A DNA stretch of 64,000 nt from Helicobacteraceae bacterium (GCA_947498025.1 CANMJR010000004.1:16708-80707); one strand, 5' to 3'; shown: positions 39,580 to 50,300, numbered from the stretch's first letter. Numbers and translations: made by a program. Notes: generated by a model not told the origin, from the sequence alone.

Positions 39580-41120
39580 TAGAGAGATTTTATTTAAAAG
39601 AGTATCTTAGCTTTAAAGAAGTTGAGTTAAATTTGGCATGTGGGCTTGTTGTTTTTACAGGTCCTAGCGGAAGCGGTAAGTCTATTTTGATGAATTCTAT
39701 ACTCTCATCGCTTGGTGCAAGCGGTTGTGAAGCAACCCTCTGTGAGTCTAGCGTCACATGGAATCTTGACGCGGAAGAGATGGGTATAGAAAATGATGAA
39801 ATAAATATTTTTAAACATATCAAAAAAGAAAAATCTAGATACTTTATAAATAATCAAAGTATCTCTAAAAAAACTATGAGTGAAGTAAGCTCTAACTATT
39901 TAAGACACTTAAGTTTAAAAGATTATAGCGACTTTGAAAATTCAAATTTAACATCCATATTAGATTTGAGAATTCAAAGTAAATTTAAAAACATAAGTAA
40001 GTTAAAAGATGAGTATTTAAGCTCTTTTAACGACTTTGTAGAGTCATCCAAAAAGCTTGAAAAACTGAATAAAGAGGAGAATAAGCTTTTAGAACTTAAA
40101 GAATTTTTATTGTTTGAGATTAAAAAGATAGAAGATGTTAATCCTGTGGTTTCAGAGGATGAGGAGCTGCTTAAAATTAAAAAAGAGCTCTCAAAAAAAG
40201 AGAAAGTACTGGAAAATATTTCATCTGCAAATTCGATATTTGATTATGAGCATTACGTCTTCAGTGCACTTGACTCTTTAGATATTGATAGCACATTCTT
40301 TAATGATGCCATGAATGAACTCAGGGTTGTACTAGATAATGCGCAAGAGAGATTTAGTGCCTTGGATGATGTAGATGTTGAAGATGTTTTAAATCGTATT
40401 GAAGAGATAAGCAGCCTGAAAAAGAGATATGGAAGCATAGAAGAGGCACTGGCTTATCGACAAATGAAGAAGGATGAGTTAGCAGAATATGAAAATATAG
40501 AGTTTGTAAAGGATGATTTAGAAAAAAGATGTGCAATTTTGGAGCAAAATGTAAGAGAGTTGGCGGATAAAATGAGTGCACTTCGACATGCAGAGCTGAA
40601 ACCATTTATAAAGGATTTAAACAGATATTTAAAAGAGTTATATTTAAGAGAAGCAGAGGTAAAAATAAATGAGACAGAGTATAACAGTTTAGGAAAAGAT
40701 GAAATTATACTGAAGCTAAACAACACGGAACTTCAAAAAGTGAGTACTGGCGAGTTTAACAGACTGAGACTTGCAGTATTAGCTCTAAAATCGGAACATA
40801 TGAGTCAAAATGGCGGTGTTTTAATGCTTGATGAGATTGATGCAAATCTTAGCGGAGAGGAGTCTATGAGTGTTGCAAAGGTTTTAAGAGAGCTTTCAAA
40901 ACATTTTCAAGTCTTTGTTGTTTCACACCAGCCACAGCTTACTTCCATGGGGAATCAGCACTTTTTAATTTACAAAAATGGTGATGAATCATTTGCAAAA
41001 GAGCTTGATTTTGAGAGTAAAGTAAATGAGATAGCCAGAATAATAAGCGGCGACAGTGTCTCGGATGAGGCAAAAAAGTTTGCAAAAGAGCTTTTAGAAG
41101 CAAATAGATGTGTTTTGTAA
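39561..41120 (+). CDS. recN: DNA repair protein RecN
   Basis: GPSGSGKS Walker A, coiled coil, STGEFNR, DEIDANLSG, SHQPQ. Confidence 0.92.
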   Translation: MGRKKLIERFYLKEYLSFKEVELNLACGLVVFTGPSGSGKSILMNSILSSLGASGCEATLCESSVTWNLDAEEMGIENDEINIFKHIKKEKSRYFINNQSISKKTMSEVSSNYLRHLSLKDYSDFENSNLTSILDLRIQSKFKNISKLKDEYLSSFNDFVESSKKLEKLNKEENKLLELKEFLLFEIKKIEDVNPVVSEDEELLKIKKELSKKEKVLENISSANSIFDYEHYVFSALDSLDIDSTFFNDAMNELRVVLDNAQERFSALDDVDVEDVLNRIEEISSLKKRYGSIEEALAYRQMKKDELAEYENIEFVKDDLEKRCAILEQNVRELADKMSALRHAELKPFIKDLNRYLKELYLREAEVKINETEYNSLGKDEIILKLNNTELQKVSTGEFNRLRLAVLALKSEHMSQNGGVLMLDEIDANLSGEESMSVAKVLRELSKHFQVFVVSHQPQLTSMGNQHFLIYKNGDESFAKELDFESKVNEIARIISGDSVSDEAKKFAKELLEANRCVL

Positions 41121-41287
41121 TCTCAATAGTTTTTTTAGCTCTTGGCTATAACTTTTTTATGGCTAATAACCTATTCTTTGCAATAGGCTCTTTTTTTGTT
41201 TCGGCTATATTTATTTACATGATGATAAAAAATATACTATTTGTAAAAAATTTAAAAAGTAAAAGGAAAGAAGCGCTTGATAGTTGA
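41108..41287 (+). CDS. 59-aa two-TM membrane protein (not in ORF track)
   Basis: MCFVISIVFLALGYNFFMANNLFFAIGSFFVSAIFIYMMIKNILFVKNLKSKRKEALDS; overlaps recN stop and tatD start. Confidence 0.6.
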   Translation: MCFVISIVFLALGYNFFMANNLFFAIGSFFVSAIFIYMMIKNILFVKNLKSKRKEALDS

Positions 41288-42053
41288 TACACATGTACAT
41301 TTGGATGACCGAAGATATGATGAAGATTTAGATGAAGTTTTAAATAGAGCCAGAGAGGGTGGAGTAAACAGGTTTATAATCCCGGGAGCTGATCCAAAAA
41401 CAGTTGAAAGAGCAGTTAAAATTGCAGAGAATAATAGTGATGTTTATTTTGCCGTCGGCGTTCACCCTTATGATATGAATTTATTTGAAAAGCTTGATTT
41501 TGACAGGTATTTGAAACATGAAAAATGTGTTGCCGTGGGCGAATGCGGATTGGATTACTTCAGGCTTGAAGGGAGTGATGAAGAGAAAGAGGCAGAAAAA
41601 AAGAGACAAAAAGAGGTTTTTATAGCTCAAATAGAGTTGGCAAAAAAATATAAAAAGCCCTTGATTATCCATATTAGGGATGCTTCAAGAGATTCAAAAG
41701 AAGTGCTTTTGACATATAATGCACATGAGGTAGGTGGAGTTCTTCATTGCTATAATGCAGATGAGGAGCTTCTAAGTTTAGCAAACAGTGGTTTTTATTT
41801 TGGAATAGGTGGAGTCTTGACATTTAGTAATGCAAAAAAGCTAATAAATGTGTTACCAAAAATCCCACATGAAAAATTACTTATAGAAACTGATGCTCCA
41901 TATTTGACTCCGGCTCCTCATCGCGGAGAGAGAAATGAGCCCTTGTATACAACTTTTGTAGTAAAAAAGATTTCTGAACTTCTAAATATGTCGGTGAAAG
42001 ATATAAAAAAAATTACTACACAAAATGCCCTTGAACTCTTTGATATTTCTTAA
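41277..42053 (+). CDS. tatD: TatD-family nuclease
   Basis: DTHVH, GVHP, VGECGLDY, IIHIRDA, ETDAPY. Confidence 0.92.
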   Translation: MIVDTHVHLDDRRYDEDLDEVLNRAREGGVNRFIIPGADPKTVERAVKIAENNSDVYFAVGVHPYDMNLFEKLDFDRYLKHEKCVAVGECGLDYFRLEGSDEEKEAEKKRQKEVFIAQIELAKKYKKPLIIHIRDASRDSKEVLLTYNAHEVGGVLHCYNADEELLSLANSGFYFGIGGVLTFSNAKKLINVLPKIPHEKLLIETDAPYLTPAPHRGERNEPLYTTFVVKKISELLNMSVKDIKKITTQNALELFDIS

Positions 42054-42148
42054 TATAACTAGAGAGGGAGTGTTGGAATTATAAATTTCTATGAATATTA
42101 ATGCTTTTTAAGATAGAATGAAAATCTCAAAAATCCAAATATGAAAAG

Positions 42149-43222
42149 TTGCGAATCTTGAAATTTTTATTATTTTTACTATTTCCCATTTTGCTTGCTG
42201 CAAATTTAACTTATGTCTCAAATCATAATAAAGAGCTTTCAATATTAGACTCTTTTAATATTGAATCGTCATTTTTGTATGATCCTATGATGAATAATAT
42301 GAGAAATAATCAGACTGCGATCAATAGAGATAAAGAGTTTTTTCAAGCTATGGAAGATGCATATCTCTTTATTCCTGCTGTGAAAAATCTTCTTAGTGAA
42401 TATGGAATTCCTCCAGAGTTTTTATATCTAGCAATGGCAGAATCAAATTTTCATACCAGAGCTTACTCCAAAAAAAGTGCATCTGGCTTTTGGCAATTTA
42501 TGCCAGATACTGCCAACCTTTATCATCTGAGAATTGATGATTGTGTTGATGAGAGAAGAGATTTAATTAAATCAACAAGGGCTGCTGCAAAACATCTTTC
42601 ATATTTACACAAAAAATTTGGTAAATGGTATTTAGCTGCTATAGCTTATAACTGCGGTGCAGGGAAACTAGAGAGAGCCATAGAAAAAGCAGGAAGTGAT
42701 GAATTGTCTGTTTTGCTTAATGAGAATAAAAAATATATTCCAAAAGAGAGTAGAGACTATATAAGAAAAATTATTGCTCTGGCGTTTATTGGAAATGATG
42801 AACAGTTTATGCTTAAAAGCGAATATGAATATCTTCTAAATAGAGCAAATGCTTACTCTATCTCAACAGTAGAATTGCCGATGGGAGAGTCGTTAAGCAG
42901 GGTTGCTACTCTTATCGGAATTCCTCTTGAAGAGTTGCAAAAGCTAAATAAACATTTGAAATATGACTTTATGCCTCCACATGCAAAGAGTTATGATATA
43001 TATATTCCATATATCAAACTTTCAGAATTTAAACAAAAGTATCAAGAAGAACCTATCGGGGAGATATATAAGGTTCATTTAGTTGCATCAGGTGAAACTT
43101 TGTCTCAATTAGGTAAAAAATATGGAATATCTTATAAAATTATTAAAGATTTTAACAGTATACAAGGTAAAAATTTGACCCTGAATCAAAAGCTAATTAT
43201 TCCTATAAGAAGGGCAGGTTAA
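42149..43222 (+). CDS. mltD: Lytic murein transglycosylase (MltD-like) with LysM
   Basis: YLAMAES, GFWQFMP, AIAYNCG, C-terminal LysM. Confidence 0.88.
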   Translation: MRILKFLLFLLFPILLAANLTYVSNHNKELSILDSFNIESSFLYDPMMNNMRNNQTAINRDKEFFQAMEDAYLFIPAVKNLLSEYGIPPEFLYLAMAESNFHTRAYSKKSASGFWQFMPDTANLYHLRIDDCVDERRDLIKSTRAAAKHLSYLHKKFGKWYLAAIAYNCGAGKLERAIEKAGSDELSVLLNENKKYIPKESRDYIRKIIALAFIGNDEQFMLKSEYEYLLNRANAYSISTVELPMGESLSRVATLIGIPLEELQKLNKHLKYDFMPPHAKSYDIYIPYIKLSEFKQKYQEEPIGEIYKVHLVASGETLSQLGKKYGISYKIIKDFNSIQGKNLTLNQKLIIPIRRAG

Positions 43223-43232
43223 AGGTATATGA

Positions 43233-44024
43233 ATGAATAAAATCTTTCTTTTATCTCTTGCCTCTTTGATTTTACTCTTTAGTGGATGTAGCATAAAGGG
43301 GGGAACACGTATCTATTCTGATAATAAAGGTGATTATTGTCAAGACATTGATAGCAAAGCATATTCTCATCCTACAATGCGACCTTATGAAATTAGGGGA
43401 ATCAAATATTGTCCAACGATTGTGAGTGTTGGCGATGAATTTCAAGGTAATGCTAGTTGGTATGGTCCTACTTTTGACGGTAAAGCAACTTCTAACGGCG
43501 AAACATATAACATGTATGACATGACAGCAGCGCATAAAACTTTGCCTATGAATACTATTGTAAAAGTAACAAATAAGAATAATGGGCGCAGTACAGTTGT
43601 TCGAATTAATGACCGAGGTCCATTTGTTGCTACAAGAATTATAGATTTATCTAAATCAGCAGCCGATAAATTAAATATAATTGGACCGGGAACAGCACCT
43701 GTTTCTATTGAAGTACTGGGTTTTAATACAGCTGGCAGAAAAAATATTCCAACGGATAAAGAGCTTAAAAATACTCCGCAAAATAAAGAGGTGGATGGCT
43801 TCGCTCTACAAATAGCCTCTTTTTCAAACATCAGCGGGGCCATGAAAACGCAGGCAAAATATGATAAAACCGGTGGCTATCATACGGTCATAAAGGATGT
43901 TGAAGTTGATAAAAATAGAATGTTTAGAGTTTATTTACAGGGATTTAAAAGTGAGCAGGAAGCAAAAGATTATCTAGCTTCTAACAGTAGTTTTGAAAAC
44001 GCATTTATAGTAAAAGAGGATTAA
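43233..44024 (+). CDS. rlpA: RlpA septal lytic transglycosylase lipoprotein
   Basis: Lipobox FSGC, ASWYG, AAHKTLP, INDRGPF, IDLS, SPOR domain. Confidence 0.95.
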   Translation: MNKIFLLSLASLILLFSGCSIKGGTRIYSDNKGDYCQDIDSKAYSHPTMRPYEIRGIKYCPTIVSVGDEFQGNASWYGPTFDGKATSNGETYNMYDMTAAHKTLPMNTIVKVTNKNNGRSTVVRINDRGPFVATRIIDLSKSAADKLNIIGPGTAPVSIEVLGFNTAGRKNIPTDKELKNTPQNKEVDGFALQIASFSNISGAMKTQAKYDKTGGYHTVIKDVEVDKNRMFRVYLQGFKSEQEAKDYLASNSSFENAFIVKED

Positions 44025-44025
44025 A

Positions 44026-44598
44026 ATGATTAGTAAAACAAGAGTAACAAAAGAGACTGATATAGAGATTTCACTTAATCTACATGGAACTGGTTCAAGT
44101 GATATAAATACCGGTGTAGGTTTTTTAGACCACATGTTAGAGAGTTTTTCAAAGCACTCTTTGATTGATTTAAACATTGAGTGCAAAGGTGATACGCATA
44201 TTGATGATCACCACAGCGTTGAAGATATTGGGATTGTTTTAGGTTCTTTAGTTCATGAAGCAATCTATCCAGTTAAAAATATGGAACGATTTGGAAGTGC
44301 AAATATTGTAATGGATGAGGCCTGTGTGAGTTGTGATTTAGACCTTAGCAACAGACCATACTTAGTTTATGAAGTAGAGGTAGATGGTAAAATAGGTCAG
44401 TTTGACTCGGAACTTGTTGAGGAGTTCTTTAGAGCTTTTGTATTAAATGCAAAAATCAGTGTGCACATAATTGTATTAAGAGGAAAAAATAAACATCACA
44501 TTATAGAGGCAGCTTTTAAATCTTTAGCCGTAGCTCTGCGTCGCGCGATGATGAGAAATGAGAGAATAGGAATTCCAAGTACCAAAGATGTTTTATGA
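44026..44598 (+). CDS. hisB: Imidazoleglycerol-phosphate dehydratase
   Basis: FLDHML, DDHHSVEDIG, NKHHIIEAAFK. Confidence 0.96.
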   Translation: MISKTRVTKETDIEISLNLHGTGSSDINTGVGFLDHMLESFSKHSLIDLNIECKGDTHIDDHHSVEDIGIVLGSLVHEAIYPVKNMERFGSANIVMDEACVSCDLDLSNRPYLVYEVEVDGKIGQFDSELVEEFFRAFVLNAKISVHIIVLRGKNKHHIIEAAFKSLAVALRRAMMRNERIGIPSTKDVL

Positions 44599-45107
44599 TT
44601 AAATTAATTGTTTTAGATGTTGATGGTTGTTTAACTGATGGTAAAATCACATATTCAGAAAGTGGTATTGAGAGTAAAAATTTTAACATTAAAGATGGTC
44701 TTGGAATAAGTGCTTGGGTGAAGATTGGAAATCAGGTGGCTATTATCACCGGACGAAACTCCAAAATAGTTCAAAAAAGAGCAGAAGAATTGGGCATACA
44801 GCACGTTTTTCAAGGTATCAAAGATAAAGATAGAGTTTTAAAAGAGTTAGTAAAGTCGCTCGGGTTTAGCCTTGAAGAGGTTGGAGCAATTGGTGATGAT
44901 TTAAACGATTTTCACATGCTAAGCCTTGTTGGAAGAAGTTTTACTCCAAAGAATGGGGTAAAAGAGATAAAGAATATGGTCAACACCACGCTTTCTCTGG
45001 ATGGCGGAGAGGGTGCAGTAAGAGAAATGATAGATATTTTAGTGGATGAAAATAGTCAGAGAGAAGATTTTATGGCAGTTTGGATAAAAAAGATAGCTGA
45101 ATTTTAA
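44595..45107 (+). CDS. kdsC: KDO-8-phosphate phosphatase
   Basis: LDVDGCLTDG, IKDGLG, GDDLND, GEGAVRE. Confidence 0.93.
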   Translation: MIKLIVLDVDGCLTDGKITYSESGIESKNFNIKDGLGISAWVKIGNQVAIITGRNSKIVQKRAEELGIQHVFQGIKDKDRVLKELVKSLGFSLEEVGAIGDDLNDFHMLSLVGRSFTPKNGVKEIKNMVNTTLSLDGGEGAVREMIDILVDENSQREDFMAVWIKKIAEF

Positions 45108-45119
45108 AAACTTATTTTT

Positions 45120-45236
45120 CTTAAAAAACGGAGTTTTTTCTAAAGAAACTTCGTTTTGTAGCATAAGGAAAGTTGTAAGAACTTCTGCATCAGTCACCTA
45201 AATGGACGCGTTCGTTTGGTGCGTAACATCAGTTAA
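45120..45236 (-). repeat. Diverged copy 3 of the structured repeat
   Basis: Reverse strand begins TTAACTGATGTTACGCAC-caaacgaacgcgtcc as in copy 1; retains acaac and gctacaaaa anchors. Confidence 0.7.
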
Positions 45237-45239
45237 AAG

Positions 45240-45764
45240 GTGGGTACCATTAATATAAATGTTTTTTTTCTTTTTGTTACGAGTAGTCTGATGATGATTT
45301 TTTTTCTCTTTGAGCCATTAAATATAAGAGAACAAAATTTTACAGATGTTCCTCTCTTTGAGATGTCCTCATTTACCCTCTTAGAGTTTAATGATAAAAA
45401 TTTAATAACTCTTATGACTGGGAATAGTGCTGTGCGCTATAGCGACCGTTATAAAGTTGCAAATATAGACTATACAGACAATTCAAAAGGGTATAGGGCG
45501 AATATGAAGGCAAGTGACGGGCTTTATCAAAATGAGATAATTGAATTAAAAGGGGATGTTGTTTATACAAGAGAAGATGGTTTAACATTTAAATCGCAAA
45601 CAGCAGATTATAATAACATAACAAAAGTTGCACACACCGATAGTGACTATGTTTCATATCAAGATAAAAATAGAGTTATTGGCTCATCGCTCATATATAA
45701 TAATGTTTTAAAAAAGATTGAGTCAAAAAATATTGTTGCAAACTATCAACTACAAGAGAGATAA
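45240..45764 (+). CDS. lptC: LPS export protein LptC
   Basis: N-terminal TM then beta-jellyroll-type sequence; between kdsC and lptA. Confidence 0.8.
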   Translation: MGTININVFFLFVTSSLMMIFFLFEPLNIREQNFTDVPLFEMSSFTLLEFNDKNLITLMTGNSAVRYSDRYKVANIDYTDNSKGYRANMKASDGLYQNEIIELKGDVVYTREDGLTFKSQTADYNNITKVAHTDSDYVSYQDKNRVIGSSLIYNNVLKKIESKNIVANYQLQER

Positions 45765-45766
45765 TT

Positions 45767-46234
45767 ATGAAATTTTTACTATTTTTTACTATTTTTTTAG
45801 CATCAACATTAATTTCACAAGAGCTAAAGATAAAAGCAGATTCGTTTGACGGTGATGAAAAATCCGGTATTTCAATTTTTGAGGGCAATGTGAATGTCGT
45901 TAAAGGAAATGACGAGCTTAATGCTTCAAAGGTCACTGTTTATACAGATGCTCAGCACCAGCCAACAAAGTTTATGGCAATAGGCAATACCTCTTTTACG
46001 CTTTACACAAAAGAGGGTTCTATCTATAAAGGCAAAGCAGAAAAGGTCATCTATTTCCCGGAAACTAAAGAGTATCACTTTTTTCAAAATGTACATTTAA
46101 GACAGATAGATGAGAAAAAAGAGATTATCGGAGAAGAGGTTATTCTTAAAAGTATAGAAGGAAAAGCGTATGCAAAAGGTGCCAAAAATGAGCCTGTTAT
46201 TATGATATTTGAACTGCCAGAGGAGAAAAATTAA
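45767..46234 (+). CDS. lptA: LPS export periplasmic protein LptA
   Basis: Signal peptide, IKAD...FEGNVNVVKG...LNASKV OstA-like domain. Confidence 0.88.
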   Translation: MKFLLFFTIFLASTLISQELKIKADSFDGDEKSGISIFEGNVNVVKGNDELNASKVTVYTDAQHQPTKFMAIGNTSFTLYTKEGSIYKGKAEKVIYFPETKEYHFFQNVHLRQIDEKKEIIGEEVILKSIEGKAYAKGAKNEPVIMIFELPEEKN

Positions 46235-46236
46235 TT

Positions 46237-46863
46237 ATGATAGAAATTGTTGATGCAAAATTTATAACTTCTGCTCCAAACGTACTTAACGCACCCGATT
46301 CCTCGTTGCAAGATGAAGTGGTATTTATGGCAAGGTCAAATGTTGGTAAGAGTTCGCTTTTAAATGCACTTACAAACCATAAAAATTTGGCAAAAGTCTC
46401 TTCAACACCATGTAAAACAAGACTTATTAACTATTTTGATGTAACTTTTATTGATAGAGATAATGAAAAAAAAAGTACTGCAAAGTTTGTTGATTTACCC
46501 GGTTTTGGGTACGCAAAAGTTGCTAAGTCCATGAAATATGATTGGGAAAGAAATTTAACCGATTACATAGAACAAAGAGAACAGATTAAGCTTTTCATAC
46601 ATTTGATTGATTCTAGACATCCTGATTTAGAGATTGATACAGCTGTAAGTGAATTTTTACTGAGTAATATAAGAGAAAACCAATATATACTTCAAATATT
46701 TACAAAGATAGATAAGCTCAATCAAAAAGAGCAGAGTGCTTTAAGAAAAGAGTTTCCACATGCCATTATGGTTTCTAGTTCTAAAAAAAGAGGTTTAGAA
46801 AAAGCAATAAAAATTATTTATGATATTTTGCAAGAGAATCAAGAGAGTATAGATGAAGATTGA
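46237..46863 (+). CDS. engB: GTP-binding protein EngB/YihA
   Basis: ARSNVGKSS, DLPGFG, TKIDK; note atypical STPCKT. Confidence 0.93.
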   Translation: MIEIVDAKFITSAPNVLNAPDSSLQDEVVFMARSNVGKSSLLNALTNHKNLAKVSSTPCKTRLINYFDVTFIDRDNEKKSTAKFVDLPGFGYAKVAKSMKYDWERNLTDYIEQREQIKLFIHLIDSRHPDLEIDTAVSEFLLSNIRENQYILQIFTKIDKLNQKEQSALRKEFPHAIMVSSSKKRGLEKAIKIIYDILQENQESIDED

Positions 46864-47314
46864 GTATAAAAAGGCAAAGCTCAGCGATATAAATAACATG
46901 CAAGAGCTTATGGAACCTGAAGTCGAAGCCGGCATTATTTTGATGAGAACAGCAGATGAGATAGCTACAAATATTAGGTCTTACACGCTTGCTTTCCATG
47001 AGAATGAACTGGTTGGTTTTTGTGCACTCCATATTCACACATCTTCTCTTGCCGAAATTAGGTCTTTGATAGTAAAAGAACAACATAGGGGACAAAAAAT
47101 AGGAGAAAATTTAGTAAACAAATCTCTTGAAGAGGCATATATTTTAGGACTTCAAAAAATATTAAGTTTAACTTATAAAAAATCATTTTTTGAAAGATTG
47201 GGTTTTATAGAAATTTCAAAAGAGTCGCTGCCAGAGCATAAAATCTGGGCTGACTGTATTAAATGTAAACACTTTCCCGTATGCAACGAAATAGCACTCA
47301 TAAAAAATCTTTAG
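46853..47314 (+). CDS. GNAT N-acetyltransferase (short ArgA-like)
   Basis: AEIRSL, HRGQKIG, LPEHKIWADC..C.HFP.CNE. Confidence 0.85.
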   Translation: MKIEYKKAKLSDINNMQELMEPEVEAGIILMRTADEIATNIRSYTLAFHENELVGFCALHIHTSSLAEIRSLIVKEQHRGQKIGENLVNKSLEEAYILGLQKILSLTYKKSFFERLGFIEISKESLPEHKIWADCIKCKHFPVCNEIALIKNL

Positions 47315-47733
47315 CACCGCTTCCTTATATTCTATTTTTTATAGTATATGAGAGCCTTAGCAGTATATATCTTTTTTTACCGCCGCTTTTTGGTGTTTTG
47401 TTTATCCTCTTTGTTTATGCCCTAAACAAAGAGGATGTTGTCTCTTTACTTACAATATCATTATGTTTACTGCTCTTTGAGGCTGATAAAGGGTATGCTC
47501 TTTTTACCTCAATTATATATTTTGCAATTGCATACAAATTTATTATGCCAAAAATTATACAAAATGTTAGCTGCAATTCATGTGTGAAAATTTCATACAT
47601 TTTATTGGCATATTTTGGATTTTTTTTATTTAATGTTATTTTGTCTAAACTGTTTTTGTTCCCTATGCCAACAATAAATTATTATATATTTTATTATATA
47701 GTAGTTGAATTTTTGATAGCGAGTCTTTTATGA
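47281..47733 (+). CDS. MreD-like membrane protein
   Basis: Five TM helices, LLFEADKG; immediately before PBP2. Confidence 0.7.
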   Translation: MQRNSTHKKSLAPLPYILFFIVYESLSSIYLFLPPLFGVLFILFVYALNKEDVVSLLTISLCLLLFEADKGYALFTSIIYFAIAYKFIMPKIIQNVSCNSCVKISYILLAYFGFFLFNVILSKLFLFPMPTINYYIFYYIVVEFLIASLL

Positions 47734-49523
47734 AAATAAAATTCATATTAGCTCTATTTGCATCAATCTGGTTAGCTCTGATTGTAAGGCTCTTTTTTTT
47801 AGCTGTTGAATCAAATAATTATTATTCAAAACTTTCACGCAATAACACTGTGAGAGTTGAAAAAATAGCGCCGGTGAGAGGTGAAATAGTTGATATAAAT
47901 AATAAGCCGATTGCCATAAATAAACTGGGCTTTAAAATATTGCTTAAGCCTAATTTATTACAAACGAAAAATATTGAAATATTTAATGAAGAGATAGCAG
48001 TACTAACGAAACTGTTGCCTAGTTTAAAGTCTAGTGAATTAATAAAAAATTATAAAAAGAAGGATTCATACTATAATCATAACTACATAGATATCGTTCC
48101 ATTTATCTCTTACGAAGAGATTGCACCAGTCTATTCTATACTTAATTTAAGAGAGAATATACAAATTGTCTCAGCTCCAAAAAGATACTACCCATATGAA
48201 GAAATCGGTGCGCATGTTATAGGATATGTTTCTCGTGCAAATAAAAAAGATATAGAGAATAATGATTTGTTAGAACTTATCGGCTACATAGGCAAAACTG
48301 GAATAGAAAAACAGTATAACGAATTTTTACAAGGTGAATCCGGATATAGAGAAATAAAAGTAAATGCCAGCAATCAAGAGATAGAAGAAATTTCATATAA
48401 AAGCCCCTTAGAAGATAAAAAATTAACTTTAAATATAGATATAGAATTAGAAAAATATATTGCAACCCTTTTTGCGGATCAAGCAGGAGCAGTGGTTGTC
48501 ATGAATGTAGATGGCTCAATTCTCTCCGCCGGCAGTTTTCCTGAATATGATTTAAATACATTTGTCTCCGGCATTACTTACGATTTGTGGGATAAGCTCT
48601 CAACTAGTCTGGATAAGCCATTTACAAATAAGCTGATTAACGGCTTATACCCTCCCGGTTCAACAATAAAAACAGGTTTGGGACTCATATATATAACAAC
48701 AAAGTTAAATGAGTATTGGAATGTTAATTGTACTGCTGAATTGCCGGTTGGAAATAGAATTTTTAGATGTTGGAAACAGCAGGGCGGACATGGAAGTACA
48801 AATATCATAAAAGCAATAAGAGAGAGTTGCGATGATTTCTTTTACAAGGGCAGTCTTATTGTTGGAAATGAAAAAATGAGCGAGGGACTTATTCGATATG
48901 GGCTTGGAAGAAAGAGCGGTATTGATTTACCAAATGAGTTCATAGGTACAGTTCCTTCAAGAGAATGGAAAAGAGAAAAATATAATCTTCCATGGACTCT
49001 TGGAGAAACTGTAAATACTTCTATTGGTCAAGGGGATTTTTTAACTACTCCGATTCAAATGGCACGCTTTACAGCACTGATGGCAACCGGAAAGCTTCCT
49101 GTTCCTCATTTTGCTAAAATGATAGGAGATAAGCCATATTCGCCACAGGCGGAAGAGGTTTTAAGTAATACTGAGTTAGCAAAACTTCCACTCATACAAA
49201 AAGCGATGTACGGGGTGTGTAACGAGCCGGGAGGGACAGCGATAAATTATGTTAATTCAAAAGTAATTATAGCCGGAAAAACCGGTACTGCACAGGTTGT
49301 AGAAATTAAACAAGATGAAAAAAAGAGAAAATTGGAGCATGATATGGAGTATTATAATCGCTCACATGCATGGTTTACAACCTATGGACCCTATGATAAT
49401 CCAAAGTATGTTGTTTTAGTTATGGTTGAACATGGCGGGCATGGCGGCTCTGCCTCCGGTGATATAGTTTCAAAAATATATAATAAACTTTTAGAACTGG
49501 GTTATATTACTAAAGAAGATTAA
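47730..49523 (+). CDS. mrdA: Penicillin-binding protein 2
   Basis: YPPGSTIK SxxK, ESCDDFF SxD, GKTGTAQ, SHAWF. Confidence 0.95.
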   Translation: MKIKFILALFASIWLALIVRLFFLAVESNNYYSKLSRNNTVRVEKIAPVRGEIVDINNKPIAINKLGFKILLKPNLLQTKNIEIFNEEIAVLTKLLPSLKSSELIKNYKKKDSYYNHNYIDIVPFISYEEIAPVYSILNLRENIQIVSAPKRYYPYEEIGAHVIGYVSRANKKDIENNDLLELIGYIGKTGIEKQYNEFLQGESGYREIKVNASNQEIEEISYKSPLEDKKLTLNIDIELEKYIATLFADQAGAVVVMNVDGSILSAGSFPEYDLNTFVSGITYDLWDKLSTSLDKPFTNKLINGLYPPGSTIKTGLGLIYITTKLNEYWNVNCTAELPVGNRIFRCWKQQGGHGSTNIIKAIRESCDDFFYKGSLIVGNEKMSEGLIRYGLGRKSGIDLPNEFIGTVPSREWKREKYNLPWTLGETVNTSIGQGDFLTTPIQMARFTALMATGKLPVPHFAKMIGDKPYSPQAEEVLSNTELAKLPLIQKAMYGVCNEPGGTAINYVNSKVIIAGKTGTAQVVEIKQDEKKRKLEHDMEYYNRSHAWFTTYGPYDNPKYVVLVMVEHGGHGGSASGDIVSKIYNKLLELGYITKED

Positions 49524-49538
49524 ATATTTTCAAGCTCA

Positions 49539-49958
49539 CTATCCCTGTGTTCTAATTATTAAACTGCTTGGCAAGTTAAACTCTTGAATCAAACTAGCCT
49601 CTTTTTCTCTCATCTCTCCGCTGTCAATTTCATGGTCGTATCCAAGCAGATGGAGTAGCCCGTGAATAAAAAGCAGAGCCAGTTCATCATCAGTGGTATG
49701 AAAAAGCTCTTTGGCTTTAGCTTGAACATGCTCAGATGAAATCACTATGCTGCCAAGCGGTGACATAGGCATTTCTACATATGGGAAACTTAAAACATCT
49801 GTTTCTTTATCGATGTTTCTATGCTCTTTATTGATACTTCTTATCTCTTCATCTGAAGTGATTATAAGTTCTATCTCTTTATCTGTAAATTTATCAGCTA
49901 TTGCATTTAAAAATACTTCGTCAATTTTAAGTAAGGTTCTGTTATCTAGTTCAAGCAT
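49539..49958 (-). CDS. ybeY: rRNA maturation RNase YbeY
   Basis: TDVLSFP, HGLLHLLGYDH; likely start ATG 49958. Confidence 0.94.
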   Translation of the reverse strand: MLELDNRTLLKIDEVFLNAIADKFTDKEIELIITSDEEIRSINKEHRNIDKETDVLSFPYVEMPMSPLGSIVISSEHVQAKAKELFHTTDDELALLFIHGLLHLLGYDHEIDSGEMREKEASLIQEFNLPSSLIIRTQG

Positions 49959-50030
49959 AAAAAAATTTGTCCAATGGGGTTTATTTTTTTGTAAATCATG
50001 TACAAAAAAGTACATGATTTTGAAGGTATG

Positions 50031-50213
50031 TTACGCAGTAAAATTTAAATTATTTCCCATACCTGTTTTCTGAGCAGTTACCTGTTTTGACTGCTCATTA
50101 GCACTTTCAAGAACTTTTAGAACGCTTTTTTCTTGAACATCAATAGCTTTCTTAAGAACCTCTACTTGAGTTGAACTATTTACATTCGCTGCCGTTGAAG
50201 ATGATACATCCAT
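50031..50213 (-). CDS. YjfB-family putative motility protein
   Basis: QVEVLKKAIDVQ...GNNLN pattern; RBS AAGGA. Confidence 0.75.
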   Translation of the reverse strand: MDVSSSTAANVNSSTQVEVLKKAIDVQEKSVLKVLESANEQSKQVTAQKTGMGNNLNFTA

Positions 50214-50300
50214 AATATTTCCTTTGCCTATAATATGCGCACATTGTATTGTTTAATTAATTTAGGGAATATTAAAAAAATATATTATGTATGATAAAAT

